A stretch of 63,887 bases of DNA, filler included, from Octopus bimaculoides (taxonomy: Eukaryota), in assembly GCF_001194135.2 (NCBI RefSeq). It is 6 parts of 6 records of this genome, joined end to end, with 100 filler letters (N's around TTAATTAATTAA, not from the genome) between each part and the next. Parts side by side here need not be neighbours in the genome. Positions count along the whole stretch, not along the records: positions 1 to 31,770 come from NC_069001.1; positions 31,871 to 49,910 come from NC_068992.1; 4 more parts are not named here. One strand, given 5' to 3'. Positions within the stretch are counted from its first letter, which is position 1, and each line of letters starts with the position of its first letter. Under the pieces are notes generated by a model, which saw nothing but the letters and a program-made list of their open reading frames with translations, was not told the DNA's origin and ran no database searches. Position numbers and translations under genes: made by a program. Shown piece by piece: positions 24,461 to 36,991 of this stretch.

Positions 24461-25657
24461 GTAGGTTGATCTTCTCTCACTTCAGATTATTTATTACAGC
24501 TACTTAATTGCTAATTAACTTTATTATTTATTTATTCTTTTTCTTTTGTTTTTCGTTTTTGATTTTCTTTTTATTTTAACCCCTGGTCAACACTGATCAT
24601 TAAGATCTGGACGCACTTGTTTCGTTTTCCATTTTTCTCTTTTCTTCAACTTCGTTTCGTTCTTCATCAATTTCTCCTCTCTCTTTTTCCACTACTCTTC
24701 CTTCAACTTCTGTTTTTTTTTCTTCTTCTTTTCTTATCCATCTTCTGCTCTTTCACCTTCTCAGATGCTTCTGTTCCCGCTTCCTCCTCTGCATGTGCAT
24801 GTTTGTATGAATATATTATGTATATTCCAACATGGTGACTTGACAAACTGCGTAATTATCAATGCGGGATTCAACCAGCTATGTTAGAGTAACACACACT
24901 TTTCGTAGTATTGAGTATTATTTCTCTCATTTGTTACTACTACTGACTACAAAAATTTTTTCCGTTATTTATATCTTTTGTGCTTGATTTTCACCAAATT
25001 CCGTTATATATTTTTCAATGAGTTTTGTGTTGTAACTTTGAATATATTAAATGAGTATTTTCTTTAAAAGAATCCGCTTTTAACAACCTGTGACATACGT
25101 TCCATATAACGTATAATATACATGCACACACACCCATACACATATATTTTGCTCATATAGGATTCATGTATAAATGTGAATGTGTATGGGTATAAATGTA
25201 CGTATATAAAACAAAATAAAAAGATAAATCGGTCTTTCTCTTTTTGAGCCACCATAAACGTCTACCTAAAGGAGTTAATGTGTTTATCAGCGTCAATTAT
25301 CTGCGTTATTACATGTATGATTCTCAGTAACTTTCTTACATCTTACGATCTATAACTGTGAATCATAATTCTTCCCCTACCTGGCTATACTATTTTTGAT
25401 TGTCTGTTTGTTTCATGATGCCTCCATTTTGCTCATTTTATATATCGGTCCCTTTAACTATAACTTCGCGTGTGTAAGGATCAATCGATTACTCGACAAG
25501 TCATCGTTTCACTCTGTTTTAAATATTGTCTGATGAGCGTGAGAACTGCATAATGCCTCGTGTAATTCAAAACATCGCATGATACTTATATTGAATAAAT
25601 ATTCTCAGCGAAACAATTCTCACAAAATTTGTTCGTTTATATTTCCCTCTCTCTCTT

Positions 25658-25691
<34 letters not shown>

Positions 25692-25697
25692 TCTATC

Positions 25698-25728
<31 letters not shown>

Positions 25729-26116
25729 CTTCTCTCTCTCTCTCTCTTATAGTCAAATCAAGTAAACGAACAATAGAATTAACAATAACAAACAACAAGA
25801 GGACGCCCGATANNNNNNNNNNNNNNNNNNNNNNNNNNNNNNNNNNNNNNNNNNNNNNNNNNNNNNNNNNNNNNNNNNNNNNNNNNNNNNNNNNNNNNNN
25901 NNNNNNNNNNNNNNNNNNNNNNNNNNNNNNNNNNNNNNNNNNNNNNNNNNNNNNNNNNNNNNNNNNNNNNNNNNNNNNNNNNNNNNNNNNNNNNNNNNNN
26001 NNNNNNNNNNNNNNNNNNNNNNNNNNNNNNNNNNNNNNNNNNNNNNNNNNNNNNNNNNNNNNNNNNNNNNNNNNNNNNNNNCCTGTCTTCGTCTTTTGCT
26101 TTTTTGTGAATTCTTC

Positions 26117-26151
<35 letters not shown>

Positions 26152-26171
26152 TATATATATATATATATATA

Positions 26172-26475
26172 GCATGGCTCAGTGGTTAGAGCGTCGGGCT
26201 CACAATCATGAGGTAGAGAGTTCGATAGTTTGACGGGGCTGTGTTGTGTTCGTGAGCAAGCCGAACTTTATTTCACGTTGCTCCAGTTCACTCATCTGTA
26301 GAAATGAGAGGCGACATCACTGGTGCCAGGCTGTATCGGCCTTTGCCTTTCCCTTGGATAACATCAGTGGCGTGCTGAGGGGAGGCTGGTTTACATGGGC
26401 AACTGTTAATCTTCCATAAACAACTTTGCACAGACTTGTGCCTCGGATGGGAACTTTCTAGGTGCAATCCCATGT
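26172..26475 (+). mobile_element. SINE, family B-type head and core with a different 3' tail
   Basis: GCATGGCTCAGTGGTTAGAGCG head; TTCACGTTGCTCCAGTTCACTCATCTGTAGAAATGAG core. Confidence 0.7.
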
Positions 26476-27442
26476 CCTAACTCTTCCAAACGCCAGTGTT
26501 AGAATGGTGGCAGCTGATGAAGGAAATGTTCTCTATGTGGCTTGTGTGTTTTCTGTACTCTGGTTATTATTTTTTTTTGTCTACGTTTTGTTTGCAACGT
26601 CCTGTACCCAGATATGCATCCATATATACAGGTAGATGTAGGTATGCACATACATGTACGTATATATGCATATACTCATTTATTACTTATATATATATGC
26701 ATACGCACGTGCGCGCAGAGTAAAAGGACAGTGTAACGAGAAAAATGACACGCACAAAGGTGTGTATATATACAGAAACACACACACATATATATACACT
26801 CAAATGCAAACACACANNNNNNNNNNGGCTGGTAGACAGACAAAAAGAGAGATGAATTACTTGTTCAAGCATCATAATTACCTTCTATAAATTTTTGTTA
26901 GTTCTTTTCTTTATTTTATTTTTATTTTTCCTTTATACTGTTTTTGTTTACGTCTTTTTTTTCCTTTTCCTCGTATATTTTATTTAGTTTTTACTGCTTT
27001 TTATATATTTTTATCTTTTTTCCAATTTTCTTTTTATTTGCTTTTGCATTTTAGTTACTTTTTATTTTTATTTCAATTTTTTTATTCTTTGTCGGCAAGT
27101 TGAAGACGGGGTTGTTAGTATTTTGTTCTGTATTGTTTTGGTGGGCTTTTTTTTGCCTGTTTTTCTTTATTTTTTACTGTTATATATATATATTCTTTTT
27201 CTCTTTGCTGGTGATTGCTGCTGTGAGATGTGGTGAGTGTAGATTGGCAGACAATTTCTTTCCTCGTAACCACCATCACCGCACTAACAACAACAACAAC
27301 AATCATCAGCATCATAAACTCACAGACGAAACCAGCCGACAAACCAACCAACCCATTTACTACTCAGTGGTTCTTTGATGTTAACTTATCTTCTGATGAT
27401 CGAGCGGGAAATGGCCATTTGAGCGCCCGATAAATTACATGT

Positions 27443-27514
<72 letters not shown>

Positions 27515-28137
27515 NNNNNNNNNNNNNNNNNNNNNNNNNNNNNNNNNNNNNNNNNNNNNNNNNNNNNNNNNNNNNNNNNNNNNNNNNNNNNNNNNNNNNN
27601 NNNNNNNNNNNNNNNNNNNNNNNNNNNNNNNNNNNNNNNNNNNNNNNNNNNNNNNNNNNNNNNNNNNNNNNNNNNNNNNNNNNNNNNNNNNNNNNNNNNN
27701 NNNNNNNNNNNNNNNNNNNNNNNNNNNNNNNNNNNNNNNNNNNNNNNNNNNNNNNNNNNNNNNNNNNNNNNNNNNNNNNNNNNNNNNNNNNNNNNNNNNN
27801 NNNNNNNNNNNNNNNNNNNNNNNNNNNNNNNNNNNNNNNNNNNNNNNNNNNNNNNNNNNNNNNNNNNNNNNNNNNNNNNNNNNNNNNNNNNNNNNNNNNN
27901 NNNNNNNNNNNNNNNNNNNNNNNNNNNNNNNNNNNNNNNNNNNNNNNNNNNNNNNNNNNNNNNNNNNNNNNNNNNNNNNNNNNNNNNNNNNNNNNNNNNN
28001 NNNNNNNNNNNNNNNNNNNNNNNNNNNNNNNNNNNNNNNNNNNNNNNNNNNNNNNNNNNNNNNNNNNNNNNNNNNNNNNNNNNNNNNNNNNNNNNNNNNN
28101 NNNNNNNNNNNNNNNNNNNNNNNNNNNNNNNNNNNNN

Positions 28138-28185
<48 letters not shown>

Positions 28186-28762
28186 GGAGACCCTGTTTCC
28201 GTGTACGTATACATGAACATATGTATGAGTGCGTACCACGATACGTTAGATGAATCGTTTTCTTGCAGACAAGGCAGGGGCGGGATATTGATTGGTGGTT
28301 AGATCTCTAATCAGTGTTATCAAGCTGAGCTTATATGTACATATATCTACATGTTTTGCGACCAACGAAGCAAGGGAGCATGCGTATGTGTCCGGTTGTG
28401 CGTTAGATGTCTGTGATCGTCTATGCGTATACAAGTCTGTGTTTGTGTCTATTTGTCATGATGTATGTCTAAATATGTCATAGGAGAAAAACACAATTAT
28501 GAATTCTCTTATATATTCACATGTGTGGCGAGAGAGAGAGAGAGAGAGAGAAAAAGAGAATTGTTTGATAAAGTCAGAAGTGAGGCAAACGAGACCAATC
28601 TTGTAATAGTCGTGGTTTTGCCCTGTGTTTTTAAACAGGAAAATACAATTTGTATGTGTGCCTGTGTGTGTATACAACGAGTATGAATATACAAATATAT
28701 GTGTATGTGTGTACAGTTATGTATGCATATGTTTGTGTGTACGTATGTGTGCCTCTGTGTGT

Positions 28763-28852
<90 letters not shown>

Positions 28853-30619
28853 GAGAGAAGAGAAGAAACACATACACACATATTTGGATAGTAAGAGATA
28901 GAGTATATTTGTTGATTAAATAGCGTAGAACGTTTGATGGTCATGCCTTTCCAAAACGTAAAACGTAACTCGGAAACTGTTTAGTGAACTTCTAAATAAA
29001 TATTACTTAATATAAAACTGGAGGCCAGCATGGTAGTCTCTAGGTCAGTAGGGTATAACTGGGGAATTGCTATATACCTTAAAATATTGATTCTCGAGCT
29101 TGTTTTGTCGATGTGCCTTTTATATACTTTTTCTAAAACCCACAGAACGTATACCCATAATTTAAGGATAAACTTCGTCCTCTAATTTAAATAGGGTTTC
29201 GAAAGAAACAAAAATTGATTTTGAACATTCATTTATTCATATGAAAATCATTTTTTTTTTAAATATTTTAGTTATGGGTCAATTGGGGAAGAAAGTATCC
29301 ATGACCCTTTCGTGGGTCCGACGATTGGTAGGAGGGAGAGAGGGGAGTTTTTCCTCAATTTGCGAACTTGTTTCAGCAGGGTGGACTCTACAAACGGCAC
29401 ACACTCGAGGTGCCGAGAAGTAGTGTTAAACTACGCGATAGATTAAGTATGCTACTCAAGTAGGCTACGGTAGGATTTGAACTGACAATGCATAGTACCG
29501 GGTCAAATACCAAAAGGCATCGGTCCGACATTCAGTCGCTCGGCTGTGTTTTTGAAAAGTCCTCGACTGAACTCAACTCAACAACATCGAGTAAACTACT
29601 TTTAATAAATATATTACGGGTAAATGTTCAATATATGTGGTATATGTATGACGCACATCGCTGCTGCTATACTGAGGGACTGCCTTGAAAGACCCGGTGC
29701 TATGGTAGAAGAAACTTGCCCAAGGTAGAAACGTACATTCAAGAAGTTAGCAATAACTTCAGATAATTATGTCTAGCCAATGCTATTCTAATTCCGTTCT
29801 GTGTTGAGATTGGCCAAGGAGATTGTATCCGAACTCACGTGGTTGCAAAGTGAAATTTTTAACCACATATCATGAGTGTGTATGTATTTAAGTATGTATG
29901 CATGTATGTGAGTGTGTATGTGTCATTAATAATCCATACAAGCAGTAGTTTAGAATAAATAAATTATGTTCAAAATGTACAGAGTATATTTAAAAAATGA
30001 TTTAAATTTTAAAATACATACACTTAACCGGTTTCACATTCTTATGATTGTCTAAATTCTATGTTATGAGGAACGTGGAAAAGTTGCAAATTGTTTCCAT
30101 TATATAAACATATAATTGAGGTTAATAATAATGCAATACCGGCATTTCAATGGAAAACAAAGTAGGCTGGATAAATAACAGACGTTATGAATTATATAAG
30201 TGTACCGAGATAGCAATGAGCAACTCTGGTACATTCACCGAATACGCTGCAACGGAGATTCGAAGCTACATCGCCGATTGACTACCAAGTCTGTTGTAGC
30301 GAAATGTAAGCAATAAAAAAATGTTCAAATATCGACGGAATAACAGCTTGTTTATATCTTATTTAATATTTTTCGTTATATTCTTTATTTCATTGTTTTA
30401 CTATCTCCTGCTGCATATGTGTGCATGACTCTGTGTATGTATGTGTGTGTATGTATATGTCTCTGTGTCTCTATGTGTATGTGAATACATATATGTATAT
30501 AATTATATATGTATATTATATATTCCAGTTTCTACACCATTTCATGCATGATAAAGTTACAATATAATTATCTTATGCTCGCATGTATAAGTTTTTAGAC
30601 TGTTTGATTTTTTTTCATC

Positions 30620-30962
30620 TTAAGTATGTATAGGTTTATAAGTGCGTGTGCAGGTATGTATATGAGTATGTATGTGCATATGAATGCATATGTACATATA
30701 GGTATACACGTATATGTATACCCATGTATGTGTATATATGTGTGTGTATACCTTTGTATATATATGTATGTGTATACTTTTGTATATGTATGCGTATATG
30801 TGTGTATACTTGTGTATATGTATGTACATGTGTATACTTCTGTATATGTATGTATATATGTGTGTATACCTCTGTATATGTATGTATATATGTGTGTATA
30901 CTTCTGTATATGTATGTATATATGTGTGTACACTTCTGTATATATATATGTGTACACTTTTG

Positions 30963-30995
<33 letters not shown>

Positions 30996-31078
30996 ACACG
31001 TCTGTATATGTATGTATATATGTGTGTACACTTCTGTAAATATATATGTATATGTGTGCGTGTACACTTTTATATATG

Positions 31079-31124
<46 letters not shown>

Positions 31125-31170
31125 CGTCTGTATATGTATGTATATATGTGTGTACACTTCTGTATATGTA
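30620..31170. repeat. About 32-bp minisatellite built from AT/GT repeats
   Basis: Recurring TGTA(T/C)ACTTCTGTATATGTATGTATATATGTG units. Confidence 0.85.
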
Positions 31171-31368
31171 TCTATAAAAAGGTTAACATATGTATGTATA
31201 TTTTCACGTTTCTATATAAATATGCCTACATATATATGAGTACAAGTATCTGCGTGTGTGTGTAAATATGTACATACACATGTATGTATGGAGATATATA
31301 TATATATATATATATATTGATATAAGTTATATACATATATATATTTTGATGTTATTTATATATACACA

Positions 31369-31410
<42 letters not shown>

Positions 31411-31665
31411 TAGTTCATATACTCGTTGGATGTGTAATTGGTGACGGAAGCTATAGCCATTTCATGTAAATATGCCTATGTATATGAAAGCATATACATG
31501 TCTACTCACTCTTCTATGCTTATGTCTATATGGGTGTACACTTGTGTCTGCAGGGCTATGTCATTATATAAATATTTTTCATGTAAAAAAAGTACCAGCA
31601 GAATTCATACACATTTGTCGGTGTATTCAGAAGTACCTTTACTTATGTATAATATGAATGCATAT

Positions 31666-31710
<45 letters not shown>

Positions 31711-31770
31711 AATAATATATGAGTATATATATATATATATAATATAAATAATATATGAGTATATATATAT

Positions 31771-31870
31771 NNNNNNNNNNNNNNNNNNNNNNNNNNNNNN
31801 NNNNNNNNNNNNNNTTAATTAATTAANNNNNNNNNNNNNNNNNNNNNNNNNNNNNNNNNNNNNNNNNNNN
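31771..31870. other. Artificial scaffold join (also at 49911-50010, 55956-56055, 61394-61493, 62779-62878)
   Basis: 44 N + TTAATTAATTAA + 44 N, exactly 100 nt each time; the 12-mer puts stops in all six frames. Confidence 0.95.
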
Positions 31871-31961
31871 TGTGACGAGAGGATGTGTGAGGGGATCGTT
31901 CAGGTGTTGGGAGAGGCAGCTGCTATTTCTAGCGTTCTTCGGGTCAGGCCAGGCGCGAGGA

Positions 31962-32190
31962 TGGGAATGAATCACCTCATAGCAGCTACTGATAATGAAG
32001 TCCAAGGACCAACAGTGGAATCAGACAGCCATCAGTTCCCATGGATGATGTCACAGCAGCTACAACCTATGTAGAGGCAGAAAGAGTACTGACTTCACTT
32101 GAACACATGACAACATGGGCTAGAATGAAGTTTAAGACCCCAAAACCTAGGAGTATGGTGATCAGAAGGGGCAAAGTAACAAACAAAATG
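31962..32190 (+). mobile_element. HERO-like non-LTR retrotransposon RT fragment
   Basis: MGMNHLIAATDNEVQGP..., then after a frameshift MDDVTAATTYVEAERVLTSLEHMTTWARMKFKTPKPRSMVIRRGKV, matching the FMDD...WARMxFKPxKSRS pattern. Confidence 0.7.
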
Positions 32191-35100
32191 ATAGAACTTG
32201 CAAATAGAGGAAATACTCTACATTTTTACATCTAAACACCAATTGCTTAACAGGAACAAACCGTAAGATATTTGCACCTACATTGGAGGACTTTTAAATA
32301 CTTTCATGCAAGCAATGTATAGGTTAGTATCCTCCACACAAATAAGAGGTGCCTGTGTTTATAGGATAAATATCTAGTCTGACTTTCAAGTAGCAATCAG
32401 TCTTCACATTAAATCAAAATATCATTGTAATAAATCATAGCAGCGCATATAGGACAAAGAAACTGCATATAGTCAAAAACTCAATAACACAGAAAAATTT
32501 ACAACTGCTCCTTTCTTCATAGCACATACATCTAATAGAATTTAATTTGATTTGATTTAATTTTATTTAGCACCTAGCTATTGTACAAAACATCAAAAAA
32601 TAACAAACTCATAATCCAACTAAGAATACACTTTGACCTACATAGAGTTTAGGACTCATTTCAAACCTAAACCTGAGGTCATGATGAGGTCAACCATATA
32701 GTAATTTTTATAGCCATATCAAGTTTCTAAATCTACCCATCACTTAATAGCTTTTAAAGTTGGCAAATTTGAGGTAATTTTAGCCAGTCATAAGCCACAG
32801 ACACATTGGTGCCTGTTTCCATTGTAACAAGTCAAAGTTATTGTCTGCTTAATACTACTACAATCACTACATACCTAAATACTGAACTTTCACTTTTTAT
32901 TTTCTCAACAAAAAAATGTATCAATTGTTTTTCTCAAATTTGGAATACTGATGTCATTTTTCACACTGAATCTGATTTTGTTACTGACTTGTTCCAGAAA
33001 AACTTTAGGAAAATGTTCACTAAAAATATGTTACTAATCGATTAACCACAGGTCATCCAATGGTCAGACTGACAGTAAATGCCAACCTTAAACCGTAAGT
33101 TTAACACTAGACATTAATTCTAACCCTAAACCCTAATTGTAGCAGAAGTATGTTTATCATTCGGCTGTCAAGTGTCTACCCCTAAATACCCAGAAATTGG
33201 CTCATACATGTTTTCTACAAGTGGTCACATGACCTGTCACATGATGGTCAAGTCCTGGCTTTACACAGGCTATCCAAACCCATCACATGACAGACGAGCC
33301 TAGCACAAGAAATTATGTTGGCTCGCTGGAGCCCACCCACAGGCTTAAAAAGAGGAAACTTTCTCGCTTTTATCCAGTGAGGTGGGAAGAACGTTTGAGT
33401 TAGGATCTTGGTAGGAAGAGGAGAGTTATTTTGCAGTTAGCTTTGATGCCATACTTCTGTTCCTGTCTGCCAGTAAGAAGTCATGTTACATATTTCTATT
33501 CTTGTTCTACCCTGCATACATCGCCAAGTTCCAACTGCATGAAAAACAATATGTATATTTTCTTCAAACAGTATCATTCAAGATGTACCAACATTTTCTG
33601 TACCAATTCATTTAGCGGTTGAATAAAGTGTGGCAGTCAATTGCAACTTGTTTTCTTGTATTTCTTTCCGCTGTTATACCTGACTCATTGGAACCAAGAA
33701 AGTGTAGTTATACCAGGTCGAGAGCTATGTGTAACAAACTCGCTAAAACTGGTGACCTCAGACGTACAACCGAGCTATAACCAGTTTTCATCTTATATAA
33801 TGCTACCACTTCATTCTCTCATTGGGAAGCTAAATATTTTTTTATTAGCAAAACCCTTCTCATTCTTGAATTATTGTCTGGGTTCAAGTGTTTAGACCAT
33901 TATGCAGCTGCACAAGAACTTTTTCTAATTGAAAACACTGCCACAGAAACTGTTTTCTATCTTCAAGGGTTCTGCATGCGAAACAATGTTGACGTTCAAA
34001 TATTACCTCCTCCTATCATTCCTGTGCCTGTGTAGTGTTTTCTACTTACTCAAAATAGCAGTCAACCTGCCAGTAGAATTACTTCATGTTAAGTATTTAC
34101 CATCTTTTATGCTACCTTTTTAACCTCTTTTAACATCAGCAGTATGGTATTTACTTTCAGTATTCATTCCCATTTTGCATTACAGTTTTTCATCTGTTTT
34201 CATATCGTTAACCTTCAATCTGGCCGAGTTGGTTAAACCTGTTTCTTTTGCATGGGAAGTGTAGTTATACCAGGTCCAGAGCTATGTGTAACAAACTCGC
34301 TAAAACTGAGAATTGGGGAATGCCAATATTTTCACCACACAGCAGATTTTTATCTCACATTTTTTGTCCTGTTTAAGCTCCAATTGGATTAAATCTTTGA
34401 CTCAGATTTGGCAGTTTGCCGCCTTTTTCTCCCATTATGGCATTCGTCTTGAGGCAATGTTTCTCATCAGTACTTTAGCCATGCACCACGTTCAACTCGA
34501 GAATTGTCATTTTTCTGCTACTGCAACTTGGGGATTTCACAGTTCATTTTCACTGTTTCACACTTATTTGCACCAGATATCAACTTTGATGAATGCCTGC
34601 TACCAATGTTACTTCACCACCATTTTGTGACTTCAGGATTTTGCCATCCCGATGCCTGCAAACATTTTCCTTTCAACCTGCTAACCTAGGGAGCTTCATG
34701 TCCCATTTTACCACCGTTTACATCCTTTTTTGCTGCAAGTTACAGCAGCCAGCTACTCATCAGTTTTTTGTCACAGCTTATATCTCTTACCATTGTCTTC
34801 CAGCACCACATTGCTGACTTTCAGTTTTGCTCAAAATAAGTCAATTCTCTACATCATGTGACAAGAAAATATTTTTCATTACAGTTTACAAACAACCAGT
34901 ATATATCTTTTCATATCTTTTTCTGCTCACCAAAAAGACATTTTTCCATGCTTTTTCACCTTGTCTCAAGCCAGAAACTTTCATCTACAGGAGCTTGTTA
35001 TTGGTCATGTGGAATGTAGACAGGTTTTTATGGTTTAAGCAAGTACAGCATTTTCTCTCATTTTGTTCAACATACACTACTTGGTCAAGTGTTACAAGCT

Positions 35101-35890
35101 ACATATCTCACTGTGTGTGCGCCTGTACTCAGCTTCTTTTGTTATATTCTAATTCCTTCTTCTCTAGTGAAATTACGAGATTTTCTTGGTTCGATTAACT
35201 TCCATAGAAGTTTTATTCTACATTGTGCTATGGCATTGCTTTACATACAACTGATTCCATTAACTTGCAGCATTTTGTGGAGTAGCAATAAGATCATGAA
35301 ATTTTTTGAATTTTTACATTTTCACTTGTTGGGCTCACTTTCTTGAGACTTTCTATCCCTGCAAGTCTTATACTGGTCCACTTTGGCCAGCCAAATAGTG
35401 CATACATACTATTTTAAAATGTTTTGTGTTTTTTTCATTTTGACTGCCTGAACTGTTTTCAATCATTTTTTAAGAACTTTTGATTATTCTCATATCAGTT
35501 GATTTATTGTAAATATTTTATTTGATACTGTTTTGTTCAATTTTTCATTGGATTTCCTTTTGTACATTTTTCTTTTTTGGTACAGTTTTTTTGTTGGTAT
35601 TTTTGTGCCTTTTGCGATGAATCTACTGGTCTGAGGGTAGTTATAGCAGAAGTATGTTTGTCATTCAGCTGTCTAGCCTTAAATATCCAGAAATTGGTTC
35701 ATACACATGATTTCTACAAGTGATCACATGACAGACCAGCCTAGCACAAGAAATTATGTTGGCTTGTTGGAGCCTACCCACAGGTTTAAAAAGATGAATC
35801 TTTCCAACTTTTCTCCAGTGAGGTAGGAAGAACAGTTAAGTTCAGATCTTAGTAGAGAGAGGAGAGTTATTTTGCAGTTAGCTTTGATAC

Positions 35891-36543
35891 TAAAGGTGAT
35901 TCTGATTTTCGTCCGGTGGGGGACTATCGGCGACTCAATGCTGTAACGGTCCCAGATCGTTATCCAATTAGGAATTTGCAGGATTTTTCAGCAAATCTAC
36001 ACGGTTGCACTATCTTTTCCAGGATTGATCTGGTTCGCGCTTATCACCAGATTCCAGTTAATCCAGAGGACATTCCCAAAACTGCCATCACTACTCCTTT
36101 CGGCTGTTTTGAATTTCTTTTTATGAGCTTCGGTCTGCGGAATGCGACAAGCACTTTCCAAAGATTTATAGATGAAGTTTTTTTGTGGATTTGATATTGT
36201 ATCGCTAGTGATACAAACGAGAATCATCTCCACCATTTATCGCAACTTTTTCAGCGATTCCACGCATATAATGTGCACACTGTTTTCTAAAACAGACAAA
36301 CTCTCTCCTCGTGCTTTCCGTCACCTGGACTATATTTCACAGTCATTTGCCAGGGAAGCAGAACATCCCTGCTGATGCTTTCTCGAGACTCCATGTCAGT
36401 TCTATTTCCTCTCCTGCAACAATTGATTTACTTGCTATTTCGCAGGACCAACCTCTTTTGTCGATGTTAGATTTAACTTCGCCAAAATTCAACAATTGTA
36501 AATTTGCCTATCTTCCACTCCCTTCATCAGAAGGCTGCGTGAG
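35891..36543 (+). mobile_element. Gypsy (CsRn1-like) pol fragment with internal deletions
   Basis: [17 protein letters not shown]...[11 protein letters not shown]...[23 protein letters not shown]; the YxDD region is deleted; RNase H end RHLDYISQ...PGKQNIPADAFSRL. Confidence 0.92.
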
Positions 36544-36991
36544 TGTAAAAGGTGAATAGTCATCATAGAGACTTTAGTCTCTCTATCACCTTTCAACATA
36601 ATTATATATGAAGAGACATTAGAACAATTAACAACATAATAAAAAGGTTTTATTCATGATGATGCTTGGTTTCACAATTCCTATCATTCAGCTTAGCAGC
36701 CGCTGATTAAGTTGTAATTTGGTAATGGAAGGTTAAGGGCTTCCTTGATGCCTGCCAGAAGAGCAAGTAGCTATCACCATCGAAGGCATCGAGGTGAAGA
36801 GTGCTTCGTTGAGGAGCAAGGAGTTGTCACGTAGAAGGTCTGTTGTGCAACTCACTAAGAAAATGAAACTCACTCTTTAAGTACCAGTTTTACTACGCAT
36901 ACGCAACTCGAGGGGCTTTCGGTGGTGAAGTCCTTTGCGCATGCGCAGAATAGTACTTCTTCAATGGCAGCTATAATTTCGTGCCACTACA
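36544..36991 (-). mobile_element. 448-bp LTR in reverse orientation
   Basis: TGTA...TACA termini. The TGCGCATGCGCA motif and terminal hairpin occur in the mirror order of those in the plus-strand LTR at 49131, which fixes the orientation. Confidence 0.7.

Noticed and set aside
24600-24830. Glu/Lys-rich minus-strand reading (AEEEAGTEASEK...EERNEVEEKRK)
   Set aside because: Needs a frameshift in an A run, and similar purine-rich low-complexity tracts are common here (14.6-17.1 kb).
25500-25600. Further hammerhead candidates (here and at 1230, 19710 and 30030)
   Set aside because: Each has only part of the core (CTGATGA or GAAAC..GTH) without the pairing needed for helices I-III.
30595-31265. 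Cys/Tyr/Val- or His/Thr-rich proteins from dinucleotide repeats (also 4.9, 14, 17.5, 28.6 and 61.6 kb)
   Set aside because: Direct translations of AT/GT/AC repeats and a 32-bp minisatellite.
31815-31826. TTAATTAATTAA as a biological motif
   Set aside because: Always centred in 44+44 N; it is an assembly linker.
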